A DNA stretch of 63,086 bases, counting the filler, from an uncultured Candidatus Sumerlaeota bacterium (lineage in GTDB: Bacteria > CAYMEV01), in assembly GCA_964389675.1 (NCBI GenBank). It is 4 parts of 4 records of this genome, joined end to end, with 100 filler letters (N's around TTAATTAATTAA, not from the genome) between each part and the next. Parts side by side here need not be neighbours in the genome. Positions count along the whole stretch, not along the records: positions 27,317 to 34,861 come from CAYMEV010000012.1; positions 34,962 to 59,618 come from CAYMEV010000034.1; 2 more parts are not named here. One strand, written 5' to 3'. The first letter of the stretch is position 1, and each line of letters begins with the position of its first letter. The translations under genes and the position numbers were made by a program. Of the stretch, positions 30,095 to 40,639 are shown in pieces. The notes under the pieces are model-generated. The model worked only from the letters and a program-made list of their open reading frames with translations, did not search any database and was not told where the DNA came from.

Positions 30095-31665
30095 GGATTT
30101 GTCGAAAAGAGCATCTGCCATTTATAATTGCAACAGTATTTGTCATAGCTATTTTTATAAAAAATTCATGGGTATCCGAGGATGCTTATATTTTGTTCAG
30201 AAGTCTTGAACAGTTGTTTGCAGGAAACGGGCCTGTCTGGAACCCTCATGAAAGGGTGCAGGTATTTACCAGCCCCCTGTGGTATATTCTGCTTGCAATA
30301 ATCCGGGTCTTTTCGGGAGATTATTTTCTAAATTCAATATTATTATCATTAGCATTGCTTATCACTGTTTTAATCATTTTAAGATTAATGTTTAAGGATA
30401 ATACTGCATTTTTATTTTCAGTTTTATTTTTATCTGCTTCTAATGCCTTTTTTGATTATACCAGCTCTGGGCTGGAAAATATACTGGGTTATGTGGTAAT
30501 TGCCTTTTTCCTATATTTTTATTTTTGCATATTTGATAATAATATAAGTAAAAGCAATATCAATTTCCTGATCCTGTTATCAGGATTGATCATCCTTGTC
30601 AGGCATGACCTGTTGCTTCTTCTTTTGCCTCCGGTATTATACACAATAAGCAAAAATTTTAAGCTGTATTCGCGAAAGCAATGGACTATTATTATTCTAT
30701 TATCTCTTTTTCCCGTCTTTCTTTTTACATGCTTCTCTGTCATATACTATGGCTTTCCTTTCCCAAATACTGCCTATGCAAAGATCAATACAGGAATTGA
30801 TAAGATAGATATATTCAAACAGGGTATCTGCTATTTTTATTCTTCCCTGATCCATGATACCATTACTCTTTTAGTGATCATTGTTGCCATCTGCATATCA
30901 ATGATCTCATGTATGAGGCATATTCGTTATCTGGCATATGGAATTATCTTGAATCTTTTATATATAATTTATGTAGGGGGAGACTTTATGCAGGGAAGGT
31001 TTCTCTCCTATTCTTATCTGATATCCGTTATCATTATAATAGCCAATCTGCAAAGGTCTGCAGTAAAAAAAATTAAGATATTTTCCTTGATCATGGTATT
31101 AATCTATTCAGTATTCTATTTCCATACACCGTTGAATTCCGGATTTGATTATAAAAACACAGAGATTGATATGGGGATTGCCGATGAAAGAGGTTTCTAT
31201 TTCCAGTGGCTTTCATTGGATGAATATCTGTTCTCAGACCTTGAAGACAATCTGTTTCGCAATCCTGGATTGGCCAGGGATGCTATAAGATTTAAATCCA
31301 GCGATAAAAAGATAATTGCTGCCTGCAATATTGGTATATTCGGCTATTATTCAGGTACAGACAAAATAATAATAGATCAATATGCATTATCAGATCCCCT
31401 GCTGGCAAGGATGCCAGTCTCAGGGATATGGCGCATCGGCCATTTTAAGAGAAGGATACCCGATGGATACATAGAGAGCATTTTACAGAATAAAAATGTT
31501 ATAAAAGAAAAGAACCTCAATCAATATTACAGAATACTAAAGATAATAACCCAAGATGATCAGCTATTATCCATAAAAAGGCTTAAAACCATACTGATGT
31601 TTAATCTGAATTATTATGATCACCTGCTTGAGAGGGAATGTTATTACCTTATAGAAGATGATTGA
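30091..31665 (+). CDS. GT-C fold membrane glycosyltransferase (AftB-like)
   Basis: WVSEDAYI.FR, NGPVWN..ERVQ.FTSPLW, SGLEN, PNTAYAK, GGDFM.GRF; ATGA overlap with the upstream stop. Confidence 0.7.
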   Translation: MRICRKEHLPFIIATVFVIAIFIKNSWVSEDAYILFRSLEQLFAGNGPVWNPHERVQVFTSPLWYILLAIIRVFSGDYFLNSILLSLALLITVLIILRLMFKDNTAFLFSVLFLSASNAFFDYTSSGLENILGYVVIAFFLYFYFCIFDNNISKSNINFLILLSGLIILVRHDLLLLLLPPVLYTISKNFKLYSRKQWTIIILLSLFPVFLFTCFSVIYYGFPFPNTAYAKINTGIDKIDIFKQGICYFYSSLIHDTITLLVIIVAICISMISCMRHIRYLAYGIILNLLYIIYVGGDFMQGRFLSYSYLISVIIIIANLQRSAVKKIKIFSLIMVLIYSVFYFHTPLNSGFDYKNTEIDMGIADERGFYFQWLSLDEYLFSDLEDNLFRNPGLARDAIRFKSSDKKIIAACNIGIFGYYSGTDKIIIDQYALSDPLLARMPVSGIWRIGHFKRRIPDGYIESILQNKNVIKEKNLNQYYRILKIITQDDQLLSIKRLKTILMFNLNYYDHLLERECYYLIEDD

Positions 31666-31800
31666 GCAATTCCAAAAAAGGAGATTAAGTGTCTTGGTAT
31701 AGTATGTGCTAATTTTAATAGCAATTAAAAATACACCTTCCATGGAAAATAATTTTGCAACTTTTAAAGGAAAAAAGAAATCTTTAATATCATAGAGAAA

Positions 31801-33147
31801 TCAGTCTTTGGGAAACTGAATATCCATTATTTCTAACTTATCATCTACAATAATAACAGGATATCCAGGTTCATCTTTATTGTAAAGCCTGAATCTTGTA
31901 TTAGTATCCCTGAAAACATAATTCAGTGCTTTGCCCCTTCCCAGGTGCCACCAGAAGGGGGGTATGTCCCACAGAGGTACCTGTGTAAAATTAGTATGGT
32001 TTTCTTTTCCTTTAATAAATACCATTGAATACTTCCCTAAATCTAATTGATTAAGCTCTGATAGAAATAGCCTTACATTCTGCCCTAAGGGTTCTCTCAA
32101 ATTAAAGACCACCCTGTCGATACTCCAATAGAGATTTATACCCAATAATAGGATTAGAACAATTGCCAATACCCTGGGTTTTGCGTATTTTTCATATGCA
32201 TATACTAACGAGCAGATATAGAAAATAAATGGCAATGCTATGTAGTTAACATATTTCTGATAAACCAGAAAAGCAAAGGGAAGAAAAAAGGAAAAGGATA
32301 GTATAATTGGAGTAATTAGTAATTTGTCTTTTTTAACAATTGCAAAAGCTGTTATGGTAATTATGGACAAAGCGACTATTACTGAAAAGTGCCCGGTATA
32401 AAAAATAAAATTAGAGATAAATTGATTGGTTGATAGATTAGCACTGTAAGGATTTGTCTCTTGTGTTATACTGAAGGTACAGGCAAAAAATGCAATATAG
32501 ATTAATCCAAAGGCCAGTAATAGCAGGACAGGTTTTACAGATTTATTTATAAAAAAGAAGAAGATAGCCCCAGGAAGTACAAAAATAAAAAATGCATTAC
32601 TAAATATACCAATAAAAAAAAGTACAGATAAAAGCAATAATTTCACGCCAAACCTTAGATTCTCAACTACAGCAATATATAAGAATAAAAATACAAATAA
32701 ATGTCCGATAAGATGCTGTGAATTTGAAATCCATGAGAAATTGGAAATGGTAGGGTATCCGATAAAATATACCAGAGAAACTAAATATGGCAAATATACC
32801 AGTCGGAACATATGCTTGCTAATATTGAAAAGAAGACAAGTATTGAGTAAAATTATCAGAAAATTTAGCAAATAGTATAGAGATGCATTGATATGAAATA
32901 TTCTCTGCAGACTGAACCAGTATATGTTCCTGGAAAAAAACCGTGTAATATAGTGAAACTGGTTAAATCCCCTGGAGTGAGTATTAAGCACCCTCTGAAA
33001 TCCAGTATTATTTTTGAATTCCCACAAAAATGAAAAATCATCCTGGTAAAACCAGGCACAGTTTGAGTATAAGATATAAAAAAATGAGAAAGCAATAAGT
33101 AATAATAAAAATAATACCTTATAGTATTTAATACACATAAACCCCAA
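31801..33147 (-). CDS. Polytopic membrane protein, possible GT-C glycosyltransferase
   Basis: DD motif after the first TM helix (WFYQDDF); many TM segments. Confidence 0.5.
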   Translation of the reverse strand: MGFMCIKYYKVLFLLLLIAFSFFYILYSNCAWFYQDDFSFLWEFKNNTGFQRVLNTHSRGFNQFHYITRFFSRNIYWFSLQRIFHINASLYYLLNFLIILLNTCLLFNISKHMFRLVYLPYLVSLVYFIGYPTISNFSWISNSQHLIGHLFVFLFLYIAVVENLRFGVKLLLLSVLFFIGIFSNAFFIFVLPGAIFFFFINKSVKPVLLLLAFGLIYIAFFACTFSITQETNPYSANLSTNQFISNFIFYTGHFSVIVALSIITITAFAIVKKDKLLITPIILSFSFFLPFAFLVYQKYVNYIALPFIFYICSLVYAYEKYAKPRVLAIVLILLLGINLYWSIDRVVFNLREPLGQNVRLFLSELNQLDLGKYSMVFIKGKENHTNFTQVPLWDIPPFWWHLGRGKALNYVFRDTNTRFRLYNKDEPGYPVIIVDDKLEIMDIQFPKD

Positions 33148-33197
33148 TATTACATTGAAATTTTGAATTTAAAATTAATTTGCTGTTTATAATTCAT

Positions 33198-34616
33198 CTA
33201 TTCTGATTCTATAAGCACAAGCTTAGGCTGAGCAGTTATTTGAATACTTAGAGAGCTAATATTATCATAATATGTATGATCCATGTTAACAAGGTTAATG
33301 ACTACAGCGCTCTGAATATTGTCTATCTGATATATATTAGGTGGTATGCATTGAATATCGCTCCATAAAATATCGAAACTATCATAATTATTGTATTCAT
33401 ATATGAGATTTTTTTGAAAATGGTATATATCATAATTTGAATCTTTTGATAAAAACATTGAGTTGCTGACTATTTCAGAAAGCATTTTATAGGTATAATA
33501 TCCGAGTTTTCTTTCATTGTCTTCTCCTTCGCAATCACAATCATTGCAGTTGCATGATTCTGGTGGGTATATAGTTTCATCGCGATATATGCCATCAAAA
33601 ATTAATGCATTATGTGCATGCATGGATGTTTGTTCAAAGATTGTTGTTTCCTTTAAACCATAAGCCCAACAAATAGCATTAATATTCCCAAATTGTAATG
33701 GATAGATAAACCTCCTTACAACATCTATCGCCTGATCCTCCTGTGATTTAAATTGATCTTGAAAAAAAATATTGCAACATGTATATGTACTTGTTTCGCC
33801 GATTATTATATTTATGTCTGAAAGGTTAGCAGAACTTAAATATGAAAATAAATCATTGTATAAATCTTTCATATTAAGGTAAACATAGTTAGGATTGCTG
33901 ATATCATCATGATAGTGGGTAAAGCTATGAAGGTCCAAGTGTGTAATTTCTCCTCCTAAAGACAAATAATAATCTATAAAATCTCTATAAGAATTATAAT
34001 CGTTGCTATCCTTGTTGACATGAGCTATGCTTACTTCAATCAGATTTATATCAAAATTGTTATCTTCTATTATCTCTTGTGCAATATTTGCACTCTAGTA
34101 TACTCTTTTACAGGCAAATTGCCATGTGTGATTTCTTTTGTTATTCATCTCATTTCCAATAGAATAATACTTAACTGCTGAAGAATACAACGGACTAGAT
34201 GGATTGGAATATCTATTCATAATGCAGGCCACTCCGTTTCTATAGTTATTCTCTAAATATTGGTTTGGAGGCCAGAATATTGGTGTAGTATAAACAGGTG
34301 AAATTTCAAATATTATATTAATGTTATTGTTTGAACAAAATTGCACAAAATTATCATAAAAAGCCCAATTAAATGATGCATTACAGGGGTGCTCGCTATC
34401 CTCAATGTCTAAGCTAGGATTTATTGCAAAGCCACTTTGCTTATACAATCTAATACCAATATTTATTATCTCGGGATGCAATTGAGGATAATATACATCC
34501 GTTCCATGTAATCCAAAATAATCAGCTGGAACTAAATGAGCGCAATAAATTAGGTTCCCATTAATAATAAAGCAAAAAGAAATCAAAAATAATATAATAT
34601 AGACATATTCTTTCAT
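33198..34616 (-). pseudogene. Secreted clan GH-A-like glycoside hydrolase interrupted by one in-frame TAG (34095-34097)
   Basis: ORFs 34095-34616 and 33198-33965 share a frame. The 43 codons between them are open (SANIAQEIIEDN...). GNE (acid/base) lies before the stop; LDLHSF and IIIGETS (nucleophile) lie after it. Confidence 0.6.
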
Positions 34617-34756
34617 TTATAATATATCCTCCTTATTTCTATAATATTGAATCATAAAATATAGCCTGCTTAATGTCAATGAAAACGTAATTTTTTTATT
34701 AAATTATGCAATTCATATATAATTGTCCTGGACATATAGCAGAATGTTTTCATTAT

Positions 34757-34830
34757 TGATCAGCGACAACTATTAATGAACACTGGCAAAATCTAAAAAT
34801 ACCCGGCGACGACAATTATAAATACCCATT
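34757..34830. mobile_element. IS21-like terminal repeat region
   Basis: TGATCAGCGACAACTATTAATGAACACTGGC...AAAAATACCC is shared with 59569-59616. TG terminus and tandem subterminal repeats; near the contig end. Confidence 0.6.
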
Positions 34831-34861
34831 TGGAAAAAGATGTTAGTTATTCAAGATAACT

Positions 34862-34961
34862 NNNNNNNNNNNNNNNNNNNNNNNNNNNNNNNNNNNNNNN
34901 NNNNNTTAATTAATTAANNNNNNNNNNNNNNNNNNNNNNNNNNNNNNNNNNNNNNNNNNNN
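34862..34961. other. Artificial contig linker
   Basis: 44 N + TTAATTAATTAA + 44 N. Confidence 0.97.
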
Positions 34962-35016
34962 TCGGTGTCATGTGTCCTAATATTGAAAAATATCTTTGCT
35001 ATAAGAGATTTTTAGG
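34962..35016. mobile_element. IS end (same as 1-55) inserted in the RT gene
   Basis: 55/55 identity with 1-55; the RT reading frame is open right up to the junction. Confidence 0.7.
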
Positions 35017-36888
35017 GAATACTACAACAGATATATTGCTACGGATGCATTCTATGCATTCCCTGAATTATTTTCAACCGATATAGTAAATATACCCAAA
35101 AATCTTACCGGAGTGAGAGAATACAGATTTTTCAGCACTTTCTCCTATATTCTTTATACAGCCATAGGGCTTCTTTTTGTAGACTGCACCTATGACCTGA
35201 CAGGAGAGCTTGATTTTAAGGGGAAAAGCATATATTCCTTCTATCCCACCCATTTCTACAAATCAAGGAAATTTAACGAAACAGGCAATACCAGGCATAA
35301 GTGGAAAACACAGAACAACTACAAGATGGAATACAGAAATTTCCTTAAAAGCATAAAAGATAACCTTTCCACTGATAATATAGTGCTAAACCTGGATATA
35401 TCATCCTATTTTGAATCAGTAAGCCATGAGAAGCTTATAAGCCTGCTTAGTAAATTTTCACCTGAATCAAACCTGAAGTATCACAACTACGTGGATGATT
35501 CCGGTGCAATCCTTGAGTTTTATTTTGAATCCCTGATGAAACAGAAGCATTCAATACCCCAGGGAAGGAAGAATCTGGTATCTGATTATTTTGGCTATCT
35601 CTATCTAATTCCTTTTGACATAGAGATAAGCAGCCTGGTCAGAAACAATGCCCTGTCCTTTAAATGCCTGATAAGGTATGTAGATGATATATACATCATA
35701 TTTGAGAAAAACAGCAGGAAGATATCCAGTAATGATGTATTAAAGGAGCTTCTCTCCATTGAGGGCAGGATAAATTCCTGGCTTTACAGGAAACTGGGCC
35801 TGCTTATAAGCAACAGCAAAACAGTAAGAAAAATTATCACAGATGATTCGTGCAAGAGGGAATTCCTGGAAATTACAAAAAAAGCAATATCAAGCAGTGA
35901 GGTCCAGGATGACAGCAATGTATCCAAAGCCCCCAGGGAAAAGCTTCTTGAGTATTATCTCTCAGCTCTGGAAAGGTTCAGGCTGGCCGGTGATAAAAAC
36001 CTTAATTTTATAATTCCCAGAGAAAATAAGGAAGACCTGAAAATAATCTTTGACAGGAATTTCCAGAAATACCTCTTTAAGCCTGCAGTGAAAAACAGGG
36101 TAAAAAGGGCATTAAAGGCCTTTGAATTTGAACTGATGTCTGACTGCATAAATATCCTGATCGTCCTTTTCTATCTGAAAAATAAGAAAAATGAAACGCC
36201 CTATCTAAGCGACTTTATAAATTTCCTTAAATCCATAAAAGACCTCTCAGACAAAAGGTTTATCCATATTCTCCTTATGGCTGTATCTTCAAAAGAACGC
36301 TTCCCGGCCTTTGAAAAACTCATAAACAAGAACCATGATATACTGAAGCAGGATGATTACGGAAAATACCTGGCTTTAATATACCGACACAGGATAGAGG
36401 AGGACTTTTCAGGCTATTCTTCAATTGCTGTATATAATCGTATCGCAGATGAATTTCTTAATAAAAAGCTACCCAGGGCAAGCTTTATATTCAATAAGAA
36501 GGATGTTTTCTGCACCACTATTCAAAGCATAATAGCCCAATACCCTGATAATGCATTATTGATAAACTCACTGAAGAATTTCATATATTATTACAGGTCA
36601 AAAAAATGGGACCAGGCCTTTACCTTTTTTCACAGCCTTTTTTATGAACTTTGCAGATCATCCTGCAGATTAGCCGGCTCGCCTGATATTGACATCATAT
36701 CCAGAAGGATAAAGGACCTGAGTATATCAGAAGAGATAACCCTGAGAAAATTCTATAAACGAAAAAGATATACAGAGAATCCCTCTGCATCCCATAAGCC
36801 TGCGTTATCATTCAGTATAAGCAGATCAGAACTTGATAGTTATATTTCCAGTATACTGCCTATTATGGGAAAGATACCTGGAAGATAG
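35017..36888 (+). CDS. abiA: AbiA-like abortive-infection reverse transcriptase (RT, helical repeats, HEPN-like tail), 5'-truncated
   Basis: IPKNLTGVREYRFF, LDISSYFESV, SIPQG, RYVDD, K..NSKT, C-terminal RKRYTENPSASH. The frame extends 32 codons upstream of the annotated GTG to the IS end, with no ATG. Confidence 0.72.
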   Translation, partial: EYYNRYIATDAFYAFPELFSTDIVNIPKNLTGVREYRFFSTFSYILYTAIGLLFVDCTYDLTGELDFKGKSIYSFYPTHFYKSRKFNETGNTRHKWKTQNNYKMEYRNFLKSIKDNLSTDNIVLNLDISSYFESVSHEKLISLLSKFSPESNLKYHNYVDDSGAILEFYFESLMKQKHSIPQGRKNLVSDYFGYLYLIPFDIEISSLVRNNALSFKCLIRYVDDIYIIFEKNSRKISSNDVLKELLSIEGRINSWLYRKLGLLISNSKTVRKIITDDSCKREFLEITKKAISSSEVQDDSNVSKAPREKLLEYYLSALERFRLAGDKNLNFIIPRENKEDLKIIFDRNFQKYLFKPAVKNRVKRALKAFEFELMSDCINILIVLFYLKNKKNETPYLSDFINFLKSIKDLSDKRFIHILLMAVSSKERFPAFEKLINKNHDILKQDDYGKYLALIYRHRIEEDFSGYSSIAVYNRIADEFLNKKLPRASFIFNKKDVFCTTIQSIIAQYPDNALLINSLKNFIYYYRSKKWDQAFTFFHSLFYELCRSSCRLAGSPDIDIISRRIKDLSISEEITLRKFYKRKRYTENPSASHKPALSFSISRSELDSYISSILPIMGKIPGR

Positions 36889-36945
36889 ACACTCTTATAA
36901 ATTGCACGGTACTTTTATGGCAGATTATACAAAGGAATTATCCCC

Positions 36946-37365
36946 CTACTTTTCTTTTATAAAGAAAAGCACATAGCCGCTGGTACCTTTGCTGGAAACA
37001 GTAGATCTTTTATCCATAAACGAATTTATTGGAATTAGCTTTATGAAAATGCTTCCTTTTTCAGCTTCCTCTGCTATTATTTCATTGATCTTATCACATG
37101 CATCCTTATCATTCTTTAAGCTGCATACTGTTAATGAGGTCTTTTTGTCCGAAGGCATAAAAATTATCATGGCATATTTTACTGCAACTCCAAATACTGT
37201 ATTATTAAAAAAGCTGCTGTATCTGTCGTAACAGGGTATTATATCCTTTATTTCATATCCTTCATCCAATATATTATTAATCTCCTCATTCTGTGGTTTG
37301 CCTATAATACTCTCGCCCGGTATAAACCTCAGCTCATGTACCTTCGGCAGATTGGCTTTACTCAT
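36946..37365 (-). CDS. Hypothetical protein
   Basis: 139-aa ORF with GGAGGA RBS; no recognisable motif. Confidence 0.6.
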   Translation of the reverse strand: MSKANLPKVHELRFIPGESIIGKPQNEEINNILDEGYEIKDIIPCYDRYSSFFNNTVFGVAVKYAMIIFMPSDKKTSLTVCSLKNDKDACDKINEIIAEEAEKGSIFIKLIPINSFMDKRSTVSSKGTSGYVLFFIKEK

Positions 37366-37998
37366 TCTCCAATCCTCCTATATATTTAATGTATTTATGA
37401 AATCTATAATTTATAAAAACCCGCTGGAAAATCTGTTCATTATCTTCTTTCCCCATATTAGACAATATAAGATAAATCAGAGTATTTTTCAAGGTAAAAA
37501 CTTATAAAATTTTCCCATTATTTCTTTGATATTTTTTAAAAATCGCATATATTATTTCTATGGAGTAGCTTTGATTCTTGGGAGGAGATTATCGGAATTT
37601 TTCCTTTCATATTATATTCTCCCCGAGATCTTTTATTATGGTAAAAAGCATATAAGAATCATATAGAAAGGAGATAATATGAATACCCTTATTAACATCA
37701 ATCCAACATGCATCACCTTTTTCAAGTCATCATATAGTTTGCCTGAAAGAATGATTACTGGCAATCGTACTTACATTTTGCTTACTATCGCAAAAAATAA
37801 GTTAGCCTCATTATATAATGCTTTTTTAATTTGGGATGTAAGATATTATAAAGCAGATAATAAACTGAATCAAAGGATGATGCATAAAGAGTGTGGCTGA
37901 GATTTAGATTATCAAAGCGCATTATATACAAAATTTTATGAATTTTATGAATATGATGCAAATATTATTACTTTATGTAAGGAGGAGATGAATACTGA

Positions 37999-39321
37999 AT
38001 GAGTAATATCTTTAATAGGGTATTCAAGAGAACTAGAATCATGAATTTTGGCAGCCGCTATGAGGGATGGAAGGAAGATGTCAGACATATGCTTGCAGAA
38101 TTTGATACATGGGAAGATAATGCATTTCCCTCTATTCCGGGAAAAGATATGGTAAAGCGGCTTAAAGAGCTTAAGTATGTATGTCTGGTTCCAAGGCTTG
38201 TAATTGTTAAGACAAGAGAGAAATATCCTAAGGTAGGCAATGGGGAAAAAGAGCCTGAAGAGGAGATGGGACTGGATGATCTGCTAGATGATCTTCTGGA
38301 TGCTGTTATGAGGGATGAAGACGAACTTGAAGACATTGAAAGAGAAGAAGAGCCTGAGATCGGCCATGATGACATGCCGCGAAATAGAGAGGAAGAACAG
38401 AGAGATGATGGCATATCAGGCCAGGAACCCCACCACGGAGAATGCGAGGGCGGCGGAACAGTTATTGTTGACTGCTATGGGATCTATGTTGGCTCTCTTA
38501 ATAGTTGGCTGGACTGGCTAAGTTATTATATTCCACAAAGCAAAGAAATAATAGCCTGCAGGAATGACTTCAAATCTGGCAAGATTAAAGATGGACCGGC
38601 CGTCCTGATCTGTCCTGAACTCATTGAGACTCTTTACAGAGATGTAATAAGAAAATCTTCAAAATCAGTACGAAATGCCCTCACCCTTGAATCTAATCCT
38701 CTGCAGATATTTCTGAGATTTGTTCTGCTTCATGAGATTGGGCATCATGTTTTTCCGGTTTTTGGCAGCAGGTCGGTTATTAATCTCTCAGAAGCATTGG
38801 CCAATTGGTTTGTCTATTGGATAATAACGCCTAAGGAGAGAGAAATTCTTCATGCCGAGTCGCAGATGCAATCGCTCCCCTATCAGATGTACCATGGGAT
38901 GCTGCCGCTCTATTTCCCTTACGAAGCAGGAGATTTTAGCATTCTGCCTCTGCTTTTTCCTACAGTGGGAACCATAGCTCAGTGGATTGAAGAGACAGCC
39001 TTTAAGGGAAAAATTGGCAGGCATACGGTAACTCTAGGGTATTGGGAGGAATTTGCTGAATTTATAGACTATTATTATCATAAGCACTATTTTCATCATT
39101 TCTTTAGACATCCAGCCTTTGGACATAGTATGGGGGCTCATCCATCGCATATGATGTCTCTTAGGCTCATTAGAGAGGCAATACCTCAAACCCACGGGCG
39201 TATACTGAGAATTATACGAAACATTGCTATTGATCTTAAGGGGAATATTCGCCCGATGTCGAAGACAAATAAGCAAAGATGGCTAGATAAAATGTGGCAG
39301 CAGCCCAGGGGACTAAGATAA
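37999..39321 (+). CDS. Hypothetical zincin-like metallopeptidase with acidic insert
   Basis: LLHEIGHH followed by SEALANW (HEXXH...E); AGGAGG RBS. Confidence 0.6.
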   Translation: MSNIFNRVFKRTRIMNFGSRYEGWKEDVRHMLAEFDTWEDNAFPSIPGKDMVKRLKELKYVCLVPRLVIVKTREKYPKVGNGEKEPEEEMGLDDLLDDLLDAVMRDEDELEDIEREEEPEIGHDDMPRNREEEQRDDGISGQEPHHGECEGGGTVIVDCYGIYVGSLNSWLDWLSYYIPQSKEIIACRNDFKSGKIKDGPAVLICPELIETLYRDVIRKSSKSVRNALTLESNPLQIFLRFVLLHEIGHHVFPVFGSRSVINLSEALANWFVYWIITPKEREILHAESQMQSLPYQMYHGMLPLYFPYEAGDFSILPLLFPTVGTIAQWIEETAFKGKIGRHTVTLGYWEEFAEFIDYYYHKHYFHHFFRHPAFGHSMGAHPSHMMSLRLIREAIPQTHGRILRIIRNIAIDLKGNIRPMSKTNKQRWLDKMWQQPRGLR

Positions 39322-39494
39322 ATTGTAGTGCTTTTTGATATTTTGTTGTATAGTTATCTAATATAATTGTTTATTTGATAAATACATCTTAAGACAAGCA
39401 ATATTCTCTAAGATCTAATTAAATCTTGCTCATATAATGGAGGGATAGTTATGAATGCTCCAAGAAAATTTATAACCATTCAGGAGGGAAAAGT

Positions 39495-40244
39495 ATGATT
39501 AAAAACAAATTATCCGATTCTAGTCACTTTATTTTTCAGATTTATCAGTATGATTCATGGGGGTATGACACTAACTTTAAGTTTATGGCTGGTTTTGATG
39601 ATAACTGGACAAATATGAAGCTTTCAAAAGATGGTAAGATCAGTATTACAAATTTTCCATCAGAAGAACATAGAATGTCTTTTCTAAGATTGCTTAAATT
39701 ATTTAGAAAGCAGGGCATATGCAAACTGCTGGATGACTATTGTGAAGCCCTGCGGGATAATTGCTGGACTCCACATCCAGCAGAATACAAGATTATCTTT
39801 CTTGAGAATGGGAAAACCTTGGCTGACTGGAAAAATTACATAGGCCATATAGGCGCGCATCTTCCAGACGGAATTTTTGCTGAGATTGTCAAAACCATAA
39901 AAGCAATCTCTGATAAGAGGGATGTATATCTACTTCCAGATCATTACAATGACTCCTTCGAAAAGGTCAATTATGTAAAAAAGGTAATTCTTAATAAGAA
40001 GGGTGAGCCCAAGTGGATAGGTGATGATCTAATCGATGCGGTCTCTATAAAGCTTTTCAACGAACACAGGAAGGATTGGTGGAAAGGATTATTCCAAAAG
40101 TCCCTCGAACTTGAATTTGAAAGATTCTTAAAAAGTCTGGACGATAATCTTATTGACTGGAGGGAAGGCCTCACTGATGAAGAGGCAAAAGAGGCAGAGA
40201 ACTATATTATAGAATACCTTGGAAAAGATTCTAAATATCTTTAA
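39495..40244 (+). CDS. Hypothetical protein
   Basis: 249-aa ORF with AGGAGG RBS. Confidence 0.6.
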   Translation: MIKNKLSDSSHFIFQIYQYDSWGYDTNFKFMAGFDDNWTNMKLSKDGKISITNFPSEEHRMSFLRLLKLFRKQGICKLLDDYCEALRDNCWTPHPAEYKIIFLENGKTLADWKNYIGHIGAHLPDGIFAEIVKTIKAISDKRDVYLLPDHYNDSFEKVNYVKKVILNKKGEPKWIGDDLIDAVSIKLFNEHRKDWWKGLFQKSLELEFERFLKSLDDNLIDWREGLTDEEAKEAENYIIEYLGKDSKYL

Positions 40245-40639
40245 TTCATATTTTTGCTAGAAAAAGAGTATTACTGATTATTACCTAGGCATAAATATTT
40301 ATTTGCCTGTCGGGATTCTCGATTAATTTAATCCCAACATAAAAGATTACATGCAAAATATAATATTCAATGATCTTAGTACAGCACAGGCATAGGGTTG
40401 ATAGGAAGAATTTGTATCAGATATGAGGTAATAAAAAGCACTAAATAAAAGAAGAGTACTGATAAGAAGATGGATATTCTGCTTATGTTAGAGATATAGA
40501 TCGGACTCCAAAACAAGGCACAGATTTATCCAACTTACAGAATCGGATACTTGCATGAATTGTATGATAATATGCCCTTTATCTAAATGTGGGATATATA
40601 TTTGCACATAGGGATAGTGCCTATTTATTTAGGGCTAGT

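Noticed and set aside
34757-34830. Short tandem repeats as a possible CRISPR array
   Set aside because: Units are imperfect and adjacent with no spacers; better explained as IS21-type subterminal repeats.
35017-36888. RT as a retron, group II intron or DGR
   Set aside because: No retron NAxxH/VTG motifs, no YADD/maturase pattern or intron domain V, and no TR/VR repeat pair seen. The upstream region is lost, so an ncRNA cannot be fully excluded.
37679-37900. 73-aa ORF with an AGGAG RBS
   Set aside because: Short, AT-rich and motif-free; cannot be supported from sequence alone.
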